From positions 1 to 50,152 of the forward strand of contig JAQBFN010000042.1 in NCBI GenBank assembly GCA_032123335.1: a stretch of 50,152 bases of DNA, in the 5' to 3' direction. The DNA is from Candidatus Micrarchaeota archaeon. GTDB taxonomy: Archaea > Micrarchaeota > Micrarchaeia > Anstonellales > Bilamarchaeaceae. Positions 25,917 through 35,951 of this stretch are shown here, in pieces. The number at the start of each line of letters is the position of its first letter. Positions within the stretch are counted from its first letter, which is position 1. Under the pieces are notes generated by a model. The model was not told where the DNA came from. It ran no database searches and saw only the letters and a list, made by a program, of their open reading frames with translations. Both the position numbers and the translations under genes were made by a program.

Positions 25917-28900
25917 CTAAATCTCCCGCTTAAGGCTCTTATACTTCTTTTCCTTTCCAGGCTTTTTGGGAAGCAGGTCTTTGGGGATATGGTCCCGTAG
26001 CAGGTATAGCGCAATTATCCCAAGCACAAGGAGCCCGGTGATTGCCAGCACAAGCAGGCCGTCCTGCTTCCTTTCAAAGGTTTGCAGCCTGCGGATTCCA
26101 TCCTCCAAGCTATTTATCGCGCGGGCGTATTCCCCCTTCCCTGCGTACATCCTGGCATTCTGTATCGCAGCGTTAACAAAGGCCGCATCTGTTTCTTCCA
26201 TCTCATCCTTTACTTCAGAATACAGGCTTTCAACATTCTCTTCCATTCGTTTTTCTTCATCTTCCAATAGCTTGATGGTGCCTTCCATCTCATCCACCAA
26301 CACATCAATATCTTCTATGGCGCCCTGGGGGTCGGTGGAGCCAGAAGCCTCTTTGAGCAGTTTACTGACTTCATTGGGTTTCATGGGGAATAGCCCTTCC
26401 AAGTGTGTTTCATCTGCCTCTTCATACTCCCTGGTGTAGGTTCCCAATAAATCGTAAGCACCATCTAACCTACTTTCCAATATTGCATTGTTTGTGGTAT
26501 CTGAGGCTGCAGCATTCTCCTTCAATTGCACCAGGGCATCCTCCGCCATTGAGATTGCGTAGAATGCACTCATGGCATCTTCGAAATCAAGGCTCCCTGA
26601 GAATTTGCTGTTTTTCTGTTCTATTTCTTCTACAGCCATTTCAACATCCTTATCCCCCACACCTGTTTCTGCCCAACTCTCTTTCACTTCCTTTTCCAGC
26701 TTCAGCAGTTCTTTTGAGATTTTTGTAAGCTCCCGTTTTTCCCAACCCATATCAAAACTTTCAAGGGGCCCGATAAGTGCCCCTGGCTCTACGCCTGTTT
26801 CCAAAGCGACAGTTAACTCCTCTAATCTAGAATCCATTTCCCTAACGAAGAGGTTGTCCAGCCCAAGCTCATGCGCCAGAGCTGTTGCTGCTCCAAGTGC
26901 ATCAACTTTCTCTTTAATCTGTTCCTTTAGTTTTTCATGTTTTTCCAGAACCTTGCTTTGTGTTTTTTCCCGGTTCTCCACAACACTCCTGAGCTCTTCC
27001 AGTTTTTGGTATGCCCCAATGTCCTCATCCATCAACAGGTGGTTTTTTGCTTCAGAGAGTATGGCTTCTTCTTCCGCAGTGAGGTTTTGCCCCGAATAGT
27101 AAATGACCTGCTGGTTCATGTACTCATCCAGGTCACTTATCTGGTATGTGACCCTTACTTTCGTTTCTTTTCCCTCAACCAGGCCATGGACTTTGAAGAA
27201 GACTGTGCTTTCCCCCATTGTTTTTTTGTCTGTTATCTTCTCCCCGGTATATCCAAACACATCTAATTTACTCAGGTCTTTTCCCTCTTCTATGCTGGAA
27301 TACGCTATGTAATCCAAATCCCTATTTGGTTCAAAATTGAAGAACAGCTCCACTTTGGTGGTTTGCCCGAGTGTGCTCATGAATGAAACAATCCGTTCCA
27401 CTTCATATGCATCATAATCATATGTTTCTATTTCGATTGTGTGGGCACCTTCTGCCAAGTTCATTGGGATTCCTGCACCGGCACTTTCTACCCTCAACCC
27501 ATTTACCAATATTTTATCTGATTCAAACTCTTCCCCCAAAATGAGCCCATCAACAGCACATTCACAATTTAGTTTAAGGGTCTGGGTTACTGTGGCCCCG
27601 CCTTCGCTATCCCCAAACGCAACCTCACCATAGTCCTTTGTTCTGCAGACCACCTCTTCTTTTTTGAATTCCAGGTGCACTGTTTCTCCTGCGCTTATCC
27701 CCATAAGGTAAATCGCTATCTTTCCCTTGGTTGGGGTTACCATGCGCACGCTATCGGTCCCATATACCACATCAATTTTCCTGAATTCAAAATCAGTTGA
27801 AACCTCTACTACGACATCTTCTGCAGAAAACTTGGTTGGATTGGTTACATCCACATACAAGTACACACCACTAGGTTCATCCAATACAGCTATCTCCCAA
27901 CTATGTTTTTCATCTACTATAATCGAACTCTCCACCAGGAGAATTTTCCTTCCCCACAGTTCCCCCTCTATTTCATCATATGCTTCGGACATCTCTTTCA
28001 ATTGTCCAAGTGCGCATGAGTAATCCAAGGAATCACCAGAATAACATTCCTCCAGCTGAAACCAACTTTCAAGGAAACCAAACGGCGCTCCCCCCAAAGA
28101 GAGATCTGATTTAAGCATTGCCCGTTTTTCCGGAAGGTATCCATATCTGTGCTCTGCTTTTTCCAGGATGCTTTCTTCAATATTCTCAATAATCTCAACG
28201 TAATTGGCAGGCCTTATGCTGTCTATCAGTTCCTTTTGTGCCCGTTCAGAGTGTGTATCTATTCCATCTGTTTCTGCATCTTTAAGGAAGCCGTCCAACC
28301 ACACCAGCTCCGCATCCAGGTATGCTTCAATGACCCCCTCCCCTTCTTTAGCAGCTTCAGTTGCCATGTTTGCATATTTGATGCATTTTCCATAGTTCTC
28401 AAATCTTCCCCCGAGCGTTCCCCCACCATCACCAGCCTTGCATGCAGAGCCAGCAGTTTCAAGCCGTTCCTTCCCGAGCGTCCCCATCTCAGTTTCCAAT
28501 TCCTTGGAAGTTTCAAGGTTTTCCCAGGCCTCTTCACCGTATTCCTCCACCACAGCCCCAGCCTCTTCAATAATTACGCTCTGTAGGATCAAGTCATACC
28601 CAGCAATTGCATTCCCACTGCCCAAGATGCAGTCTTTCAGCCATTTACTGTTTCCTTCATTAGCATTTTTGGCTTCTGCGTATGACTCATCAGCAACTTT
28701 CATCACATCTAAAATCTCTTCATAGGTTCCTTTTACGCCGAGGGCGCCGCTATTCCCCTTCCCATATGAACTCAAATAAATCTCATCCAGTTCCTCTTTC
28801 TGGATTTCTGAAAACTTCTTTTCTGCATCACCCTTCCGTTCCCCTGCATCTGCCCAGCTGTCTTCGCACAAATCCACAGTTTCATTATATGCGGTTTCAA

Positions 28901-29594
28901 TTCCCTGGACCTTTACTTCAAGTGCTGCAATTGCATCCCAGTGCTCGTGCATGCAGCCATAATACCAGGTAAATCTTGGGACGTCCTCCCATATTCCAGA
29001 GTACTCGCAGTTAACATCTTCCAGGGGCATTTCACAGTATTGGATGCTCCCCCCGATGTAATCATCATCACAGACGCCCGCATAGGCGATTTTTTCCTTC
29101 CATATTCCGAATTCAGATCGTTTTTCGTTAACGATTTTTGCATAACTTTCAAGTGAAAGAAGGGAGTGTTCAGAGCAGTTCTGCCAATTACCAGGATAGT
29201 TCCAGACGTCCCATCCGTGTTTCACAGGAATGAGGTCCTCCACAGAAATGCGGATCTCCCCAGCATGCTCCTTCCAGATGATTGCCTCTTTGATGTTCCC
29301 GTCGGTTGCCCCAACTTCCCCCAACTCTCCATCTATCCTTTCTAATTCAAGTTCTTCAAGGCTTTCTTGGAAATCAGGTATGGTTTGGTTTAGGGCACTT
29401 TCCATAAATTTATGCTCATCCGCTATCTGGGAACCGCTGGTGTCCAAGAAGAGGATGTTGAAGAAGCCGTATGCGTAAGGATTTTCCTCCACCCAGGTCT
29501 CATTTTCCCACGGCCTGGGATATTGCTCACTCGCGGCATAAGAGATACTTATTATCCCTACCAAAACAAATAGAATTAGGAATCGAGTTTCCAT
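25917..29594 (-). CDS. 1225-aa acidic type I membrane surface protein
   Basis: Signal peptide, Cys-containing helical N-terminal region, beta-rich middle, long coiled-coil stalk, C-terminal TM helix and basic tail. Confidence 0.75.
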   Translation of the reverse strand: METRFLILFVLVGIISISYAASEQYPRPWENETWVEENPYAYGFFNILFLDTSGSQIADEHKFMESALNQTIPDFQESLEELELERIDGELGEVGATDGNIKEAIIWKEHAGEIRISVEDLIPVKHGWDVWNYPGNWQNCSEHSLLSLESYAKIVNEKRSEFGIWKEKIAYAGVCDDDYIGGSIQYCEMPLEDVNCEYSGIWEDVPRFTWYYGCMHEHWDAIAALEVKVQGIETAYNETVDLCEDSWADAGERKGDAEKKFSEIQKEELDEIYLSSYGKGNSGALGVKGTYEEILDVMKVADESYAEAKNANEGNSKWLKDCILGSGNAIAGYDLILQSVIIEEAGAVVEEYGEEAWENLETSKELETEMGTLGKERLETAGSACKAGDGGGTLGGRFENYGKCIKYANMATEAAKEGEGVIEAYLDAELVWLDGFLKDAETDGIDTHSERAQKELIDSIRPANYVEIIENIEESILEKAEHRYGYLPEKRAMLKSDLSLGGAPFGFLESWFQLEECYSGDSLDYSCALGQLKEMSEAYDEIEGELWGRKILLVESSIIVDEKHSWEIAVLDEPSGVYLYVDVTNPTKFSAEDVVVEVSTDFEFRKIDVVYGTDSVRMVTPTKGKIAIYLMGISAGETVHLEFKKEEVVCRTKDYGEVAFGDSEGGATVTQTLKLNCECAVDGLILGEEFESDKILVNGLRVESAGAGIPMNLAEGAHTIEIETYDYDAYEVERIVSFMSTLGQTTKVELFFNFEPNRDLDYIAYSSIEEGKDLSKLDVFGYTGEKITDKKTMGESTVFFKVHGLVEGKETKVRVTYQISDLDEYMNQQVIYYSGQNLTAEEEAILSEAKNHLLMDEDIGAYQKLEELRSVVENREKTQSKVLEKHEKLKEQIKEKVDALGAATALAHELGLDNLFVREMDSRLEELTVALETGVEPGALIGPLESFDMGWEKRELTKISKELLKLEKEVKESWAETGVGDKDVEMAVEEIEQKNSKFSGSLDFEDAMSAFYAISMAEDALVQLKENAAASDTTNNAILESRLDGAYDLLGTYTREYEEADETHLEGLFPMKPNEVSKLLKEASGSTDPQGAIEDIDVLVDEMEGTIKLLEDEEKRMEENVESLYSEVKDEMEETDAAFVNAAIQNARMYAGKGEYARAINSLEDGIRRLQTFERKQDGLLVLAITGLLVLGIIALYLLRDHIPKDLLPKKPGKEKKYKSLKREI

Positions 29595-29642
29595 AGGTTA
29601 TTATCTCAATCCATATTTAATTTTTTTGCATTGCCCCAAAAC

Positions 29643-31112
29643 TCACTTTTTCTGGGCCCATTCCCGCACAAAGGAGGTTATGAGCCGCACGCCGCGTGCA
29701 CTTGGCCCCTTGGGGAGGTAGGCATTTGGGCTCTCCATCAGGTCTACACTTGCAATGTCCAGGTGTATCCAGGGAAGCCCTCCGGTGAACTCCTTGATGA
29801 ACATCCCCGCAGTTATCGTTCCCGCTTCTCCATGTTCGCTTCCAAGGTTCTTCACATCTGCAATATCACTTTTTATCATCTCAGAATACTCTTCCCAGAT
29901 TGGCAGGGGCCATACTCTCTCATAGGTTTCCTGGCCACACTTCTCAAACAGCCGCAGAGCACCATCGTCGGTGCCCATCATGCAGATCCCCTGCCTTCCA
30001 AGCACAATGTTCGCTGCACCGGTAAGGGTTGCAACATCTACAATCAGCTCGGGCTTTTTGGTTGCCGCATATGCAACAGAATCCGCCAGGCAGACTCTCC
30101 CTTCCGCATCAGTATTCAGGATTTCTATTGTTTTTCCGCTGAATGTTTTTACAACATCACCGGGGTTGGTGGCATTTCCATCAGGCATGTTTTCAGCCGC
30201 CCCGAATACCAGGGTCGCCTTCACAGGAACTTTTAATTCCGCAAGGGCACGCATAACACCCATAAGTACAAGGGCCCCGCTTTTATCATACTTCATGCTC
30301 GCCATTCCTTTTCCTGGTTTTAGTGAGATGCCTCCGCTGTCAAACGTAATTGCTTTTCCCACAAGCGCAATGTGGGGCAGCTTTTTCTCCCCATTGTATG
30401 ACATCCTGACCAGCACAGGGGGTTTGGCGCTTCCTTTCCCTACAGAGAGAATGCCCCCCATCCCTTTCTTTTCCAGTTCCCCCATGCTGTAAACCCTGCA
30501 GTCCATTCCATACTTTTTTGCAAGCAGGAGTGCTTCGTCTGCCATCCTTTGCGGGGTCATTACATTGGATGGTTCCAGGTCAAGCCTCCTTACATAGTTT
30601 TGGGAGTCAGCAAGTATGGCCCCTTCACGCACCCTCCGGGAGAAATCTTCTTCTGAAACAACAACCAGGTTTTTTACCTCTATTTTGCCGTTTTCTTCCT
30701 CATCTTCCTGGGTTTTGTATACGTCTAGCTTTAGTCCCTTAAGCACGAACCCTTCTACAAAGGCCTGGATAGCATCGCCATTGGACATTTCCATCCTTTC
30801 ATTAACCCAGAGGGCACATTTTTCCAATCCATTTTCTTTTGCGATTCCACGCGCCATTCCCCCCGCAAGCCGGAAATCCTCCATCTTGGCCTTTTCTTCC
30901 TTCCCAAGGCCAATGAGCATAAGGCGCCGGTAGGTTTTTTCCGGTGCGGGAAGAAGGTAGGACTTTCCCTTAGTTCCATCAAAATCTTTTTCAACTCCCG
31001 CTTCTTTTAGCATTTCAGCTGCCCAGGAAGGAATCCTTTTTTTCATGCAGGGAACGAAAAGAGCCTCTGCAGAAACCTCATCAAAGTTCTTTTTTTCAAA
31101 ATCTATTTTCAT
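29643..31112 (-). CDS. pepA: Leucyl aminopeptidase (peptidase M17)
   Basis: VGKAITFDSGGISLKP, MKYDKSGA, AENM, NTDAEGR, DVATLTGA, WIHLDIA. Start set at ATG 31112. Confidence 0.95.
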   Translation of the reverse strand: MKIDFEKKNFDEVSAEALFVPCMKKRIPSWAAEMLKEAGVEKDFDGTKGKSYLLPAPEKTYRRLMLIGLGKEEKAKMEDFRLAGGMARGIAKENGLEKCALWVNERMEMSNGDAIQAFVEGFVLKGLKLDVYKTQEDEEENGKIEVKNLVVVSEEDFSRRVREGAILADSQNYVRRLDLEPSNVMTPQRMADEALLLAKKYGMDCRVYSMGELEKKGMGGILSVGKGSAKPPVLVRMSYNGEKKLPHIALVGKAITFDSGGISLKPGKGMASMKYDKSGALVLMGVMRALAELKVPVKATLVFGAAENMPDGNATNPGDVVKTFSGKTIEILNTDAEGRVCLADSVAYAATKKPELIVDVATLTGAANIVLGRQGICMMGTDDGALRLFEKCGQETYERVWPLPIWEEYSEMIKSDIADVKNLGSEHGEAGTITAGMFIKEFTGGLPWIHLDIASVDLMESPNAYLPKGPSARGVRLITSFVREWAQKK

Positions 31113-31687
31113 TTTGATACACCCAGTTTCAAACGCAGCCATTCTAGTAATTCCAGATCGCGCAGATATCTTAATTTGTATAATCCAAGCACAGAGATCA
31201 CACTTAATGCTACTGTGGCAGGGATTACGAAATCCAGGTGCCCCGCCGGGAATCTAGGCAGGGTTCCTATTTCATAATCCACGAAATCATTTAGCAGGAA
31301 CCACGCAACCACCAGAAGCAGAATACGGGCATCTATCTTTTTTGGGACAATTATTAGGGAAGCGAGGACCATGAGTATGTGCCCCACAACCAAAATCGTC
31401 GTCTGCTTTACATACAAATCTGAAAAATAATACTCTGGGTACAATGCAAATATCATCAGCGTCCAGAGCCCATACTTTATGAGTCCGGCACCAGCAAGGA
31501 ACCGGAACGCATCACTTTTGATGTCCAGCAGCACAATAGCCAACAACAGAATAACGTACAATGGGCAATCCGGGATAAACACCCACAGGGCAGGATTGAA
31601 ATCAGGGAACATATTGCTGTAGCTCAGGTATCCGAAGAAGAATGAAATGAAGCACAAAAACAGGAAGATTGCCTTTATTAAATTCAT
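31109..31687 (-). CDS. DUF1405-like membrane protein
   Basis: WVFIPDCPLY, LIKYGLWT, GH and WFLLNDFVDY motifs with about 6 TM helices. Confidence 0.75.
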   Translation of the reverse strand: MNLIKAIFLFLCFISFFFGYLSYSNMFPDFNPALWVFIPDCPLYVILLLAIVLLDIKSDAFRFLAGAGLIKYGLWTLMIFALYPEYYFSDLYVKQTTILVVGHILMVLASLIIVPKKIDARILLLVVAWFLLNDFVDYEIGTLPRFPAGHLDFVIPATVALSVISVLGLYKLRYLRDLELLEWLRLKLGVSK

Positions 31688-32169
31688 TTTTTTTCACCAA
31701 TCTTAATCGGGTTTCCCTTTGCGAAATTATTTGCAGGAACATCTTTATCTACGAGTGCTGCAGCAGAAACCGTTGCGTTGTCCCCGATGCTCACCCCTGC
31801 GAGAACAGTGCTGTTTGCCCCAAGCATAACATTTTTCCCTATGCTTACCTTTCCTGTGCGCAGCTCACCTATCAGGTATTCGTGTGCGATTATCGTTGCG
31901 TTGTATCCTATAATTGAGTTTTCCCCTATTTCGATTAGCTCAGGATAGAATATGTCAAACATTGCAGCAAGCCCTATGGATGCGTCCTTTCCGATTTTCA
32001 TTCCCGTTAATCTAAGGAGGTCTTTTTTCAGTTCCATGCCAGGGAGGTACTTTGCACAATAAATCACCAGGAAATTGAAAACAACCCGGAGCGGATCCCG
32101 GTATTTCCATACATGCCGAAGGGAATTTTTGCCAGGTGTTTTTATGATTTCCAGCTTTCGCTTGCCCAT
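31684..32169 (-). CDS. Hexapeptide-repeat acyltransferase (YvoF-like)
   Basis: Left-handed beta-helix repeats: KIGKDASIG, EIGENSIIGYNATIIAHEY, SIGKNVMLGANSTVLAGVSIGDNATV. Confidence 0.88.
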   Translation of the reverse strand: MGKRKLEIIKTPGKNSLRHVWKYRDPLRVVFNFLVIYCAKYLPGMELKKDLLRLTGMKIGKDASIGLAAMFDIFYPELIEIGENSIIGYNATIIAHEYLIGELRTGKVSIGKNVMLGANSTVLAGVSIGDNATVSAAALVDKDVPANNFAKGNPIKIGEKK

Positions 32170-32175
32170 CTCCTT

Positions 32176-32955
32176 TCACCACTCCTGTTCTATGTAAGAG
32201 ACTGCATTTCTGAAGAGCGACAGCCCGCGGCCGGTTGAGCCTATTCCCCCTGCCCAGCAGGGGTGATTGGTCCTATGGTTATATGCTTCCGGATGAGGCA
32301 TAAGGCCGAAAATCTGGCCGCTCTTGTCGCATATGCCCGCTATGTTCATAACTGAGCCATTGGGGTTCCAGGGATACTTGCCCAGCCCTCCCCTGTCATC
32401 CACATACTGCATCACATGCAGTTCCTTCCCGGTTATCTCATTAAGGATTTCTTTGGTTGCCGGTATGAACCTCCCTTCCCCATGCCGTACGGGGAGGTCA
32501 ATCTCTGCGAGTTCCCTGGTGAATATGCACGGGGATTTCTGGTTTACGAGAAGCTTGACCCACCTGTCCTCAAATTTCCCGGATTCGTTGTAAGTTATTG
32601 TAACCTTCTGCTCAAAATCAGGTTCAGGGAGAAGGCCCATTTTCACAAGCACCTGGAACCCATTGCATATTCCCAACACGAGCTTTCCCTGGCTTATGAA
32701 ATCAAGAAGCTTTCCGCCTGCTTTGTACCTTAATCTATTGGAAAGCACTTTTCCAGAGCCAATATCGTCCCCAAAAGAGAACCCCCCCGGGATTACCAGG
32801 AAGTTATATTTGTCCAGGAGGGAAGGATTTTCCAGTATTTCGCTTGCATGCTTTATTTCAGCATTTCCCCCAACTGCAGTTATTGCATATGCAGTTTCAA
32901 CGGGGCAATTTATCCCATACCCATTAAGCACCAGCGCATTTGTTTTTCCTACCAT
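32176..32955 (-). CDS. purQ: FGAM synthase glutaminase subunit
   Basis: GYGINC, PGGFSFGDD, GICNGFQ, HGEG, IAGI, GLMPHPE catalytic triad. Confidence 0.97.
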   Translation of the reverse strand: MVGKTNALVLNGYGINCPVETAYAITAVGGNAEIKHASEILENPSLLDKYNFLVIPGGFSFGDDIGSGKVLSNRLRYKAGGKLLDFISQGKLVLGICNGFQVLVKMGLLPEPDFEQKVTITYNESGKFEDRWVKLLVNQKSPCIFTRELAEIDLPVRHGEGRFIPATKEILNEITGKELHVMQYVDDRGGLGKYPWNPNGSVMNIAGICDKSGQIFGLMPHPEAYNHRTNHPCWAGGIGSTGRGLSLFRNAVSYIEQEW

Positions 32956-35864
32956 TTCAATCCCCTCCTCCAGGAAATCTTCAGGTCTGAGGCGTCTTGG
33001 TTTACAACAGTCTTTCCTCCATGCCGTATAACCATGCGTTTGTCTCCCCTCACTCTCCCGACTTTCCTGAACACCGTGCCCGCCATTGTCTTTTCGAACT
33101 TGGTTTCATTCTCAGGTTTTACACTTACAACGAACCTTCCCGGGTCCTCTGAGAAAAGGAGGGCGTTCATATCATCCGTTTCTTTTTCGCAAAGGTCCAG
33201 GTCCAGGTCTGCGCCCCTGAGGTTTGCCATGGTGCACTCTGCAAGAGCTACGGCCAGGCCGCCATCCGAGATGTCGTGCGCAGAGCTGACCAGCCCCGCA
33301 GCAGTTGCCTTTGAAAGTGCAGCATAAAGCGGGATGTTTGCATCCAGGTCAACGGTTGGCATCCCATTTCCAACCCCTCCATAAAGCTTGTAGTATTCGC
33401 TTCCCCCGAGTTTCCCTACCGTTTTTCCAAGAACATAAACGATGTCCCCGGGTTCTTTGAAGTTTGCAGTCACTGCTTCCTCAACATCCTGTATTTTTCC
33501 TATTACTGTGACCAGGAGAGTTGGGTTTATGGCGTATTTCTGCCCGTTTACAGTATATTCATTTTTCATGCTGTCCTTCCCGGAGATGAGCGGGCACCCA
33601 TAGGCAACCGCTGCATCATGCAGTCCTTTCACGCACCTCACCAGCTGGGCGAGCTTATACTCTCCATCCGGGGTATTCTCTGACTTGATTGGGTCAGGCC
33701 AGGAGAAATTGTCCAGGCATGCCATGTATCCGAACATTGCTCCTGTTGCAAGGGCGTTCCTCACAGCCTCATCCAGTGAAAGCTGGGCCATATGGTAAGC
33801 ATCCTCAACCTGCCGCGGGCACAACCCGTGGCTTATCACCAGCCCCTCTTCCCAGTCCAGGATTGGCCTGAGCACCGCAGCATCGGAAGTGCTGTTGTTG
33901 CACATTATCGGCTTCACAACGCTTCCACCCTGCACTTCATGGTCATATTGCCGTATCACCCACTCCTTTGAGGCGATGTTTGGCTGCGCAAGCAGCTTTA
34001 TGAGAATGTCATTTGGGTCGCTGTCTGTAATGTGTGGCTCCGGGTGGAGCTTCTTTTCCCAGTTTGCCTTGAGCTTCAGCGCACCCATCCCTTCATGGAG
34101 GAATTGCATCATCAGGTAGCCAACCGTTTCTTCATTGTAGAGTATGTGGAAGTATCCGCTATCGGTAAAGGTCCCCACTATTGTGGCTTCAACATCGTGC
34201 TTTTTTGCAAGCTCTCTCAGCTCTTCCCAATTTTCCCTTGGGAGCGCCAGGGACATCCTTTCCTGGGATTCTGAGAGCAGGATTTCCCATGGGTCGAGCC
34301 CGGGGTATTTGAGTGGGCACTTGTCCAGGTAGATTTCGCACCCTCCCGAGAACTGCGCAAGCTCACCTATGCTGGAGGATAGCCCTCCCGCGCCATTGTC
34401 GGTTATTGCCTCAAAGAGCATCCTGTCCCTTGCCTCCAGGACAAGGTCAATTACTTTCTTTTCTGTTATTGCATCCCCGATTTGCACAACACTTGAGCTT
34501 ATTCCGGTAGTGAGTTCCTGTGAAGAGAATGTGGCGCCGTGTATCCCATCCTTTCCGATTCTTCCCCCAACCATTACTGCCAGGTAGCCGGGCTCGATTT
34601 TCTTTTCCGCAGTTGGCCGATCCCCAATCTTGTTTGGCATTATTCCTACAGTGCCTGCATAAACAAGGGGCCTTGCGGTGTAGCATTTCTCAAAAACAAC
34701 GGATCCGTTTACTGTGGGGATTCCTACGGGGTTTCCCCCGTCCCGGATTCCCCTGATTACTCCGGTTGCAATTCTCTTTGGGTGCATCACCCCTTCAGGG
34801 ATTTCTGTTTCGTCCAGGTACCCGAAGCAGAGCATGTCCATGTTTGCAATTGGTTTTGCACCAAGCCCGGTCCCGAGCACATCCCGGTTCACCCCCAGGA
34901 TGCCTGTTATTGCCCCCCCATAGGGGTCGAGTGCAGTTGGCGCGTTGTGCGTTTCAACTTTTACTGCAATATCGTGGTCCAGGTTGAACTTGATTATTCC
35001 TCCATTGTCTTTGAATACTGAAATCACATATGGCTTCATTGCTTTTTCTGTTGCCCCCTGCACATACGTTTTGAAAATGGATTTTATCTCCTCTACAACT
35101 TCCCCGTTTTCAGAATATTCAATATCCGCATTGAAGATTTTGTGCTTGCAGTGTTCGCTCCAGGACTGGGCAAGGGCTTCCAGCTCAACATCCGTTGCCT
35201 TGCCGTCCAATCCCACTTTTTTGCGGTGCTCAAGAACAGCACCTTGTTTGTAATATTCCTTTATGCCTTCCATCTCTTCTACGGAAAGCGCGAGGAGGCG
35301 CTCTTTGCTCATTTTCCCAAGTGCCTCGGCACCGATATCCAGGTTTATCTTTTCCACTGTGGGAGTGTGGTCCAGATCAACCTTTGCAGGGAAGGGCTCG
35401 AATTTGCTGTCCTTTGGGCCGTAAATCCTCCAGCGCTCTATTACTTTGTTCGCCAATAGCTTGTCAGCAAGCTCATCCAGCACATCCTCATCTTCAAAAT
35501 CTGCATCGATGTAAAATACACGCGAGTAGTATACGGGGTATTCCTGGCCCACTATGTCTGAAACTGCTCCTCCAGCAGTCCGGCCTACATTGTCTGTCAT
35601 CCCTGGGAGAAGCCCCACCTCCACCCTCCACATGTTTGGGTATGCGGGTTCTGAGAACGTGTATTCCTCAGCTATTTTGTCTGCGAAGAGCTCTTTGCCC
35701 AGCTTGCCCAGGTCTTCATCACTTAGCTCCGCATCTATAGTGTATGCCTTTGTAATCATGAGGTCTGCAACGTCTACTTTGAACAGGTTTTCTATTTCTT
35801 TTTTGAGAGGATACGAGGCAGGCTCCCGCAAACTGCCCTTTGGCTTGACTTCAATTCTTCGCAT
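32949..35864 (-). CDS. purL: FGAM synthase PurL, 971-aa form with N-terminal PurS-like domains
   Basis: AQSWSEHCKHKIF, KVETHNAPTALDPYGGAITG, GGRIGKDGIHGATFSS, DNGAGGL, ESQERM, SGKDS, HDISDGGL; GGTGGGA site before ATG 35864. Confidence 0.96.
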   Translation of the reverse strand: MRRIEVKPKGSLREPASYPLKKEIENLFKVDVADLMITKAYTIDAELSDEDLGKLGKELFADKIAEEYTFSEPAYPNMWRVEVGLLPGMTDNVGRTAGGAVSDIVGQEYPVYYSRVFYIDADFEDEDVLDELADKLLANKVIERWRIYGPKDSKFEPFPAKVDLDHTPTVEKINLDIGAEALGKMSKERLLALSVEEMEGIKEYYKQGAVLEHRKKVGLDGKATDVELEALAQSWSEHCKHKIFNADIEYSENGEVVEEIKSIFKTYVQGATEKAMKPYVISVFKDNGGIIKFNLDHDIAVKVETHNAPTALDPYGGAITGILGVNRDVLGTGLGAKPIANMDMLCFGYLDETEIPEGVMHPKRIATGVIRGIRDGGNPVGIPTVNGSVVFEKCYTARPLVYAGTVGIMPNKIGDRPTAEKKIEPGYLAVMVGGRIGKDGIHGATFSSQELTTGISSSVVQIGDAITEKKVIDLVLEARDRMLFEAITDNGAGGLSSSIGELAQFSGGCEIYLDKCPLKYPGLDPWEILLSESQERMSLALPRENWEELRELAKKHDVEATIVGTFTDSGYFHILYNEETVGYLMMQFLHEGMGALKLKANWEKKLHPEPHITDSDPNDILIKLLAQPNIASKEWVIRQYDHEVQGGSVVKPIMCNNSTSDAAVLRPILDWEEGLVISHGLCPRQVEDAYHMAQLSLDEAVRNALATGAMFGYMACLDNFSWPDPIKSENTPDGEYKLAQLVRCVKGLHDAAVAYGCPLISGKDSMKNEYTVNGQKYAINPTLLVTVIGKIQDVEEAVTANFKEPGDIVYVLGKTVGKLGGSEYYKLYGGVGNGMPTVDLDANIPLYAALSKATAAGLVSSAHDISDGGLAVALAECTMANLRGADLDLDLCEKETDDMNALLFSEDPGRFVVSVKPENETKFEKTMAGTVFRKVGRVRGDKRMVIRHGGKTVVNQDASDLKISWRRGLKW

Positions 35865-35935
35865 TAATCCCACCAATGTTGCGTTTACTCTGCGCCTAAA
35901 TTTATAATATTGCGTGCGCGCGTTCGCAGGTTTTG

Positions 35936-35951
35936 TGTAACCATGGTTACA
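35936..35951. promoter_or_regulatory. Palindrome TGTAACCATGGTTACA, copy 3 (followed by CAA on - strand)
   Basis: Exact sequence; upstream of the purL TATA box (35901-35907); overlaps the nreA stop codon. Confidence 0.75.
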
